Of a DNA stretch of 64,000 nt, positions 55,195-61,599 are shown piece by piece. The stretch lies in sequence record MZ475895.1; one strand, 5' to 3'. The position numbers and the translations under genes were made by a program. Position 1 is the stretch's first letter; each line of letters begins with the position of its first letter. The notes below the pieces were generated by a model. That model did no database searches, was not told where the DNA came from, and saw only the letters and a list, made by a program, of their open reading frames with translations.

Positions 55195-55279
55195 GTAGCG
55201 TAGACGTGAGGTATGCGCTATAAATTGAATGACGCGTTTTTGCTTGACTGTAAGGTAGCGGTATCTTACAGTCCTTTTT
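55195..55279 (+). ncRNA. candidate small RNA / leader attenuator (about 85 nt)
   Basis: Promoter, 5' hairpin, then GACTGTAAG-loop-CTTACAGTC-CTTTTT; no ORF. Confidence 0.4.
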
Positions 55280-55397
55280 CAAGTGGCTTCGAAGTTTGAG
55301 GCTTCTTGCGAAAGGTCAAATGTACCTTTGAGCGTTTTCGGATTTACGCGGTTTTCACCGACTGCGCTCTCACTTTAAACCGCAAAGGAAATACATC

Positions 55398-56219
55398 ATG
55401 CCAGAAGCACGCAAACCTCGCCCAGCTGATCGTTTCGCTAAAGCCCGTGCAGAGAAAAACTCACCGGAGCGTCAAGATGCGGCAGCCCAGCGCACGTATA
55501 AAGACACTCCGCCTAAATCTGTTCAGGTGAAACTTGATGCTGTGGCAGCTTCTAAGAAGAAAGTTTCTCGCGGCCCCAAGGCCTCTCGTCCACGTCAGTC
55601 GCCTGCTGTTGACGCAGCACCAAAGCCTCGCATTCGTGATGAGGAACGTGTGTACAATCTCGTACACATGATTCTCTCTGCGTGGAAAGCCGATGCAGAA
55701 AACGCGGCAGCAAGTGTGGGAATCATTAAAGTGTCTCGTCGTAAGATTGAGGGTGCGTTACGCGATCTCAAGAATACGCGCTTCACTAAAATCCCAGGCT
55801 TAATCAATGACGTGCTTGTCTACAATGAACTGGTAGCTGAGTTCGGACAGTGGGTGTACGTCGAGCACGACAGTCCTGATTGGATTTTTGTGCGCCTGCC
55901 TGAAAACAGCACGCCTGTGATTCGCGCTGACATTAGCTATGCCAAGACGGGTGAAACTTCCACGTCTGTTTCGACTTCTAGTGAAGTTCTGCTGAAAGAT
56001 CTTAGCGAAGACGAAGAAGATGAGATCCCCGAGAATGTCGAGTACGACGATGCGGACGAGACTGACGAAGACGAAGAGGAGCCGTATGACTACAGCGCTT
56101 GGTCTCTGCGTGACCTGCAGGAGTATGCGAAGCGCTATGACTTCTTGCAGCCCGACACTGAGGGGTTTGATGATCGCGAGAAGTTGATAGCAGCCATCGA
56201 GCTGGGGGAACAGCACTAA
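55398..56219 (+). CDS. basic-N / acidic-C protein with terminal HeH-like module (273 aa)
   Basis: AAGGA RBS; R/K/P-rich N-terminus; EDEEDE...DYSAWSLRDLQEYAKRYDF...DREKLIAAIE. Confidence 0.8.
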   Translation: MPEARKPRPADRFAKARAEKNSPERQDAAAQRTYKDTPPKSVQVKLDAVAASKKKVSRGPKASRPRQSPAVDAAPKPRIRDEERVYNLVHMILSAWKADAENAAASVGIIKVSRRKIEGALRDLKNTRFTKIPGLINDVLVYNELVAEFGQWVYVEHDSPDWIFVRLPENSTPVIRADISYAKTGETSTSVSTSSEVLLKDLSEDEEDEIPENVEYDDADETDEDEEEPYDYSAWSLRDLQEYAKRYDFLQPDTEGFDDREKLIAAIELGEQH

Positions 56220-56229
56220 GCACAAATAT

Positions 56230-56273
56230 GGACAAAATAGTGGTAGCATCTAAAGCATGACCTGTGCTACACT
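56230..56273 (+). promoter_or_regulatory. GGWCAAAAT-box promoter (copy 10)
   Basis: GGACAAAAT 56230, TGTGC-TACACT 56268. Confidence 0.7.
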
Positions 56274-56279
56274 ATAGAT

Positions 56280-56334
56280 CGAATGCCTTGTAGTTTTTTG
56301 ACTGTGAGTTACTTTCCGGCTCACAGTCCTTTTT
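56280..56334 (+). ncRNA. candidate stand-alone small RNA (about 55 nt)
   Basis: Promoter copy 10 followed by GACTGTGAG-loop-CTCACAGTC-CTTTTT; the next gene has its own promoter. Confidence 0.45.
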
Positions 56335-56402
56335 AAAGTGCTCTCCCAAGAACGCTTTAAAAAGCACAGACTGCCTGCGCTTTTGATAGACAGCATAAAT
56401 CT

Positions 56403-56445
56403 GGACAAAATCATGGTTGTATCAGAATGCTGCCTGTCATACACT
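56403..56445 (+). promoter_or_regulatory. GGWCAAAAT-box promoter (copy 11)
   Basis: GGACAAAAT 56403, TTGTAT-17-TACACT 56440. Confidence 0.72.
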
Positions 56446-56506
56446 TTAATGAGTCGAGCAATAGTGCTCGCAACAAACTAAATCCCAATACTGAGGAGTA
56501 TTACAC

Positions 56507-58096
56507 ATGGCACGTTTCGAAACTAACACTAACCTGGTTGGCAAAACTATCGTCCTGCTGAACGGCACCAAAGCGAAGATTGAAGACGCTATCGTTTCTG
56601 GCTACAAAGTGAAAGGCCAGACCAAGCGCATCGCAACCCGTGACGTTATCAAAGAGGGTGCGCACTTTAAAGAAATCGAGCGCACGCCGCTGAGCCAGCT
56701 GGAAGATACTGGTGAAGGTTATGTGAAGTTGAAAGAAGCCAAAGCTGCTTCTAAGAAAGCGCCTGCGAAAGACGCTAAAGCTACTGGCAAAAAAGCTGCG
56801 GCAAAAGACAAGCCTGCTAAGACCAGCAAAAAAGCTGCCGCTAAAGATAAGCCAGCGAAAGAGCAAGAGCCGAAAGTTCGCCGTAAGTCTGCGAAAGAGC
56901 AGGGCAACGATTATCAGGAACTCGCGCAGGCTATCATCAAAGGCGGTCGCCGTGCAGCGCCAGTTGAAATTGACAGCGTAGACGAAGCGCTGACCGATGC
57001 AATCGCTAAGCGTCTGACCGCTGTTGTCGAATCGTCTGAGATTGCGAAACTCGCCGCTGATAACAAAACGCCGATCGCTAACGCACTGACCGTAACTTAC
57101 GGTGCTGAGTTTGCGACTGATGCAAACGTTGTGCAGATTACGCTGAACCTGCAATACGCTAAGCCGACTGCTGTTGAGTCTGCCGCTCCTACTCTGGAGA
57201 ATGCCGAAGCAATCGCAATGCGTGCTGCTAAAATGGCCGCGCCGAAAGTGAGCGCTAAACTCAAGAAGGCAGTGCGTGAAGCATTCGATATTGAAACAGA
57301 CCTTGAGCTGGGTACTGTGATTATGTCAGGCGATGATCAATTCGCTTACTACGGCGAAAGCGCGAAGCACGCTGGCAAAGCGCTGCTGTATGTTGTCGAA
57401 ACTGACAAGTTCAAATCTGTCTTGGCCTCTACTCTGACCGACTACGAACTGCCTGCTGATGAAGAAGCTGAGGCAGAAGAAGAGGAGGAAGAAGAAGAGG
57501 AGGAAGAAGAACCCGCTGATGACTTCGACGACGAAGAGGAAGAAGATGCGGACGATGCAGATGATGCCGACGATGCTGATGGCGACGACGACGAATTCCA
57601 GTACGTTGCTGTAGGCGATGAACACTTTGCTCTGGTCAACAAAAAGATCACAGCCAAGTATCACGATGCACTGGCTGAGCAATTCGGCGTTAGCACCGAA
57701 GCGCTGGTCCCAGGCTTAGTGTTGACCAACGGCGAGATCACTTTCGCTTATCTGGGCAACGATAGCAAAGGCGGCCTGCTCGTTATCGACCTCGACGACG
57801 ATGCGGACGAAGACGACAACGTTCTGGTCTACCCGAAAGCCGACGTTAAATCTCTGACCGACTTCTCTCCTGTGCTGGGTGATGCAGATGAAGAAGACGC
57901 AGACGATGCAGAAGAGACCGACGAAGAAGACGAAGATCAGGACGACGACTTCGAATTTGACGATGCGCCGACTGCCGACCTCGAAGATCTGTCCGACGAT
58001 GAGCTGCGTGACCGCGCTGTTGAGATGGGCCTGACCACTGTACGCAAAGCTGACAAAATGAACGCCAAGCAACTGCGTGCGCTGCTGTCTGAATAA
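56507..58096 (+). CDS. modular protein: shared N-domain, histone-H1-like AK repeats, acidic tracts, C-terminal HeH-like module (529 aa)
   Basis: GAGGAG RBS; KKAAAKDKPAK x2; poly-E/D; DLEDLSDDELRDRAVEMGL. Confidence 0.85.
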   Translation: MARFETNTNLVGKTIVLLNGTKAKIEDAIVSGYKVKGQTKRIATRDVIKEGAHFKEIERTPLSQLEDTGEGYVKLKEAKAASKKAPAKDAKATGKKAAAKDKPAKTSKKAAAKDKPAKEQEPKVRRKSAKEQGNDYQELAQAIIKGGRRAAPVEIDSVDEALTDAIAKRLTAVVESSEIAKLAADNKTPIANALTVTYGAEFATDANVVQITLNLQYAKPTAVESAAPTLENAEAIAMRAAKMAAPKVSAKLKKAVREAFDIETDLELGTVIMSGDDQFAYYGESAKHAGKALLYVVETDKFKSVLASTLTDYELPADEEAEAEEEEEEEEEEEEPADDFDDEEEEDADDADDADDADGDDDEFQYVAVGDEHFALVNKKITAKYHDALAEQFGVSTEALVPGLVLTNGEITFAYLGNDSKGGLLVIDLDDDADEDDNVLVYPKADVKSLTDFSPVLGDADEEDADDAEETDEEDEDQDDDFEFDDAPTADLEDLSDDELRDRAVEMGLTTVRKADKMNAKQLRALLSE

Positions 58097-58171
58097 GTAA
58101 CCTGTAGTTCTGAATACATGCGGCTCGAAAGGGCCGCACACTGACAACAAAGTTGATTGAGGAATCACATT

Positions 58172-59458
58172 ATGTCAAACGCAAACAAAATTCTGCTTAA
58201 CGCTCGTGTACGCCGCTTAGACGGTACTGTTACTTACATCAACAAAGTGAATGCTAACGGTTATAGCACCGATGCGAAAGGCCCGCAGATTCCTGTCAAG
58301 CGCATTGTGTTTGCAGGCAAGATGCTGAAAGAGATTGAACAGCCCTTTGAGAAAGGCGAGCACGTCATTGTGCAGGGCGTTGCAGTGAAGCTGAACAAGC
58401 GCCAGCAACGTGAGCTTGCTGATGGCACTCTCGATGAGAAAGCGCTGCGTCCTGAGTTCGGTAAGCTGGCAGTGATTGACCCTGATACAGGCAAAGCAAC
58501 TGACGGCAAGAAAGTGAAGCCAACCAAGTCTGATGCTAAAGCCCCGAAAGCTGGCGCGAAAGCAAGTCTGAAAGCAACGCGTGAGCACAACAAAGAGCCG
58601 AAGCGCAGTCGCAAACAGCACAAAGCTGAAACGAACGATCTCAAAGACAGTCTGGACATTATCGACGAACGCAAATCACCGAAAGCGTCTCTGATTGAAC
58701 GTCTGGATGCAGCAATCGCCGAAGCGAAAACGAAAGCACGCCGTAAGCTGTTAGCCGAAACGTTCGACATGGACTGGGCTGATATTAAAAAGCATGGCGG
58801 TGCAGGTATCGTTAAGCAGCACGGCCGCAAGAACGCCCAGAAGTTTATTGATCGTCAGACAGTGCAGGTCGATAGCACAACGTTCATCAAACAAATGCCA
58901 GCGCCGCTCAAGCGTCTTATTCAGGACACTGAGTTGCGTCTCAATCAAAAGCAGATTGAGCAAGTGCTTGGTGCGCTGGGGCTTGATACGCAATTCTACG
59001 CAGTCGCCGTGCAGGAGCTGCTGGGCAAACTCAAACTGTCCATAGGCGGTCGCGTGATCGAAGGCGAAGTTGTTCGAAAGGAGAACACGCCGAAGCCAAA
59101 AAGGTTCGTACACGCTGAGGCGCTATATGCAGACAAGAAAGAAGCGAAACGCCGCGTAAGCAAAATGAAATATGCGCTGCTGATTCCGCCTACGAAAGGT
59201 CTGCCTGCGTTACGCATCCATCAGGCAGAGGCAAAGCAGTCACTCGCCGTTCTGCTGCACCTGAAGCCTGGGAACATCAAGCGTGGTCTGCTTGCGTATG
59301 ACAACAAAGGCCGTGAGTATATGTATGTCGCTTGCGATATGACGGGCCCTGTGTTCATCGATAAAGATAGCAACGAACTGGCGTTCACGTATGCCAATCT
59401 GATCGATAACTTCAAACTCAAAGCGCAGCCTGTGTCTGAACTGGACGTGGCCGTATGA
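58172..59458 (+). CDS. basic paralogue of 56507 protein (428 aa)
   Basis: GAGGA RBS; N-terminal L.GT...I...GY...I...G...KEIE shared. Confidence 0.8.
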   Translation: MSNANKILLNARVRRLDGTVTYINKVNANGYSTDAKGPQIPVKRIVFAGKMLKEIEQPFEKGEHVIVQGVAVKLNKRQQRELADGTLDEKALRPEFGKLAVIDPDTGKATDGKKVKPTKSDAKAPKAGAKASLKATREHNKEPKRSRKQHKAETNDLKDSLDIIDERKSPKASLIERLDAAIAEAKTKARRKLLAETFDMDWADIKKHGGAGIVKQHGRKNAQKFIDRQTVQVDSTTFIKQMPAPLKRLIQDTELRLNQKQIEQVLGALGLDTQFYAVAVQELLGKLKLSIGGRVIEGEVVRKENTPKPKRFVHAEALYADKKEAKRRVSKMKYALLIPPTKGLPALRIHQAEAKQSLAVLLHLKPGNIKRGLLAYDNKGREYMYVACDMTGPVFIDKDSNELAFTYANLIDNFKLKAQPVSELDVAV

Positions 59459-59841
59459 GAACTGAAATCATCGTAGCGGGAGTTCTCTCTCAACTTTACA
59501 CGCGGCTGATTACGGCCGCTATAATGAAAGCGCATGTGTATTACTCAGACCTTGCGCCGGTGGTATTCGGTGTGCAGCTTACCAAAGTCGGTAAGTCGCA
59601 GTATCAAGCGCTGTGGGATTTAGTAGCGCTGACGATGCAGATGGACCACGCACACGGCCGACCGCCTGTTGCTGCTCTGTATGTGTCTCGCGCTAATGCA
59701 TCAAAACGACCGCCGCAAGCATTCTTCGCTGAATACGAGCGGCTAACTGGTAAGCGACTCAATGACGACGACTGGGAAGAGTTAGTCGATGAAGTATGGG
59801 CAGCTTACTCTCCACCAGAAATCTGTCAGGAGCCGACATGA
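59455..59841 (+). CDS. hypothetical protein (128 aa)
   Basis: ATGA overlap; YYSDLA...GRPPVAAL..S...P..AFF pattern. Confidence 0.7.
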   Translation: MRTEIIVAGVLSQLYTRLITAAIMKAHVYYSDLAPVVFGVQLTKVGKSQYQALWDLVALTMQMDHAHGRPPVAALYVSRANASKRPPQAFFAEYERLTGKRLNDDDWEELVDEVWAAYSPPEICQEPT

Positions 59842-60296
59842 AGAAGTTGAAAGCCGTAAAGGTTAAAATTAGCCGCGGTGGTTATAAGCCTTCTTCTAAG
59901 GAAGAGGCAAAGAAGCTGGTGGCAGAGTTTCTGCTCGGCACCATCGGCATTAGCCCAACGCAAGTCAGTCAACAACTGCTGTTGAATATCACGAACTACA
60001 ACTATTTGACCTCTGTTGCGTATTCTGGACGTTCTACAGATTACAGCCAGGCGGCAGCGCACAAAACTGTAAAAGAACTAAATGAATTTTGTCGAAAGCA
60101 TAAAATTCAACTGGGCTTGCTAATTATGCCCCACACGTCGGCGTCTGAATATGATGGTGACGTAATTGTTGCAATCCCGTGGGAGCATGTTAAGAACAAT
60201 CCGCAAATCCAGTCTGCCGTTAATTCTCTGTTTGAATCGGTTGAAGCAGACGGCTACCCACAGTATGTGACTGATGCTAAAACAGTAGAGGGATAA
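59838..60296 (+). CDS. hypothetical protein (152 aa)
   Basis: AGGAG RBS before ATG 59838. Confidence 0.75.
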   Translation: MKKLKAVKVKISRGGYKPSSKEEAKKLVAEFLLGTIGISPTQVSQQLLLNITNYNYLTSVAYSGRSTDYSQAAAHKTVKELNEFCRKHKIQLGLLIMPHTSASEYDGDVIVAIPWEHVKNNPQIQSAVNSLFESVEADGYPQYVTDAKTVEG

Positions 60297-60297
60297 G

Positions 60298-61578
60298 ATG
60301 TTCTACGACTATGTATTCAACTTCGACGAGCGCCAGACGCTACTGTCGTTAGCGGAATCCAAGTATCTTCTTAAACGGGACATTCCCGAGTATCTTAAAA
60401 AGTCCAAACACGCAATTGAGATTCGTCACACTGTGACCAATCGTGGACGCGAGCGCCGCTCAGGAACAATAACAACTCCTATCGTGCCGCGTATTCACAC
60501 CCGTGATGTTATGCGCTTGCTTGATGATATTCGTGACAACGCGACTTACAGCTCCTGCCAAAGTCTCGCTGAACTGTTTGAATTGGGCTTGGGCGTTCCG
60601 CGCCAGAAAGATATTGCTACTTACCTTCATGCTTATTCGCGTGAGCACGATAAGAAAGGTATCGGTATCAAGTATATCCGCAAGCTGGTGGTTGATTATC
60701 ATCGTAAGCACCGTCGTAGTATGGCGGGCAGTCGCTGGTTAATGCCTGCTGCTTACACGGCCAATCTGCTGAACATGCAGAACTTCATTCATCTGAAAGA
60801 AGACGGCTACAAGGGTAAAGTCAAAACGCCAGACGGCATCCCTGTAGTCTTGATTTACCAGAGCACTGAATACGCGACTGGCGAGTTTACTCTGTGTGAC
60901 GCATTCATGATTAGTCCGATGGGATATCCAATGCCGTTCGCACAGATTGCGCTGCGTCCCGAGTTCAAGGCTGTGCCTAAAACGTTTTGCTCCCAAGCTC
61001 TGCGTGGCAAAGGCATGTACTCAATGGTTCTCGGTATGATTTACTGGGAGAAAGGTGATTCAGTCGAATTGACACGCGAAGTCATGGAGATTGATGACAA
61101 CCAGTATCTCACGTTGCTCGATGATGAACGTTATGCTGACCGCCGCTCTGATGAATATTCAGCGATGCTGGTCAAGCGTGAAGAGTTCCGTCGCAATCGT
61201 GACAAGTGGCAGTCAGTGATTGATAAGTACGGCCAGACAGTTCGAACCCTCAAGCCTGAGATTAGCGCTCGTCTTGATCGTGCTCGTCAGTTCTTCTACG
61301 ACCGCTCCGAGTTCCTGAAAGAGTTCGAGTCTCAGGAGAAGCGTGAGAACACCCGCGCATCAAAACGTTTTGCTGTAGCGTCTGCGATGTTTGCTGCGAT
61401 TGACTGTGGGACAATTGCTGATCGTCAGACCTACCTTGCAGTGAGCACAAAGATTGATAAAGTGCATGACATTCTCGGTAAGTGGGGATTCAACACTGTA
61501 AAATCTGTTAATGCTAGTTTGAAGAAGTCTCTTTTAACCTATGACGAATCAGGCGTATCTCGCGTCTGGTCACTATAA
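60298..61578 (+). CDS. hypothetical protein with one Sel1-like repeat (426 aa)
   Basis: CQSLAELFELGLGVPRQKDIA resembles the Sel1 consensus LG..Y..G.GV..D...A. Confidence 0.7.
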   Translation: MFYDYVFNFDERQTLLSLAESKYLLKRDIPEYLKKSKHAIEIRHTVTNRGRERRSGTITTPIVPRIHTRDVMRLLDDIRDNATYSSCQSLAELFELGLGVPRQKDIATYLHAYSREHDKKGIGIKYIRKLVVDYHRKHRRSMAGSRWLMPAAYTANLLNMQNFIHLKEDGYKGKVKTPDGIPVVLIYQSTEYATGEFTLCDAFMISPMGYPMPFAQIALRPEFKAVPKTFCSQALRGKGMYSMVLGMIYWEKGDSVELTREVMEIDDNQYLTLLDDERYADRRSDEYSAMLVKREEFRRNRDKWQSVIDKYGQTVRTLKPEISARLDRARQFFYDRSEFLKEFESQEKRENTRASKRFAVASAMFAAIDCGTIADRQTYLAVSTKIDKVHDILGKWGFNTVKSVNASLKKSLLTYDESGVSRVWSL

Positions 61579-61599
61579 CCCTTATCTGAGGAGATAAAC

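Noticed and set aside
56790-56870. Short direct DNA repeats (also 14275-14450, 57470-57600)
   Set aside because: Explained by protein low-complexity repeats, not independent DNA elements.
57326-58168. Long minus-strand ORFs with poly-Ser/Phe (also 7125-7571, 14062-14367, 44059-44241, 62272-63123)
   Set aside because: They are antisense shadows of GAA/GAC/GAT-rich acidic genes, with no RBS and a composition dictated by the plus strand.
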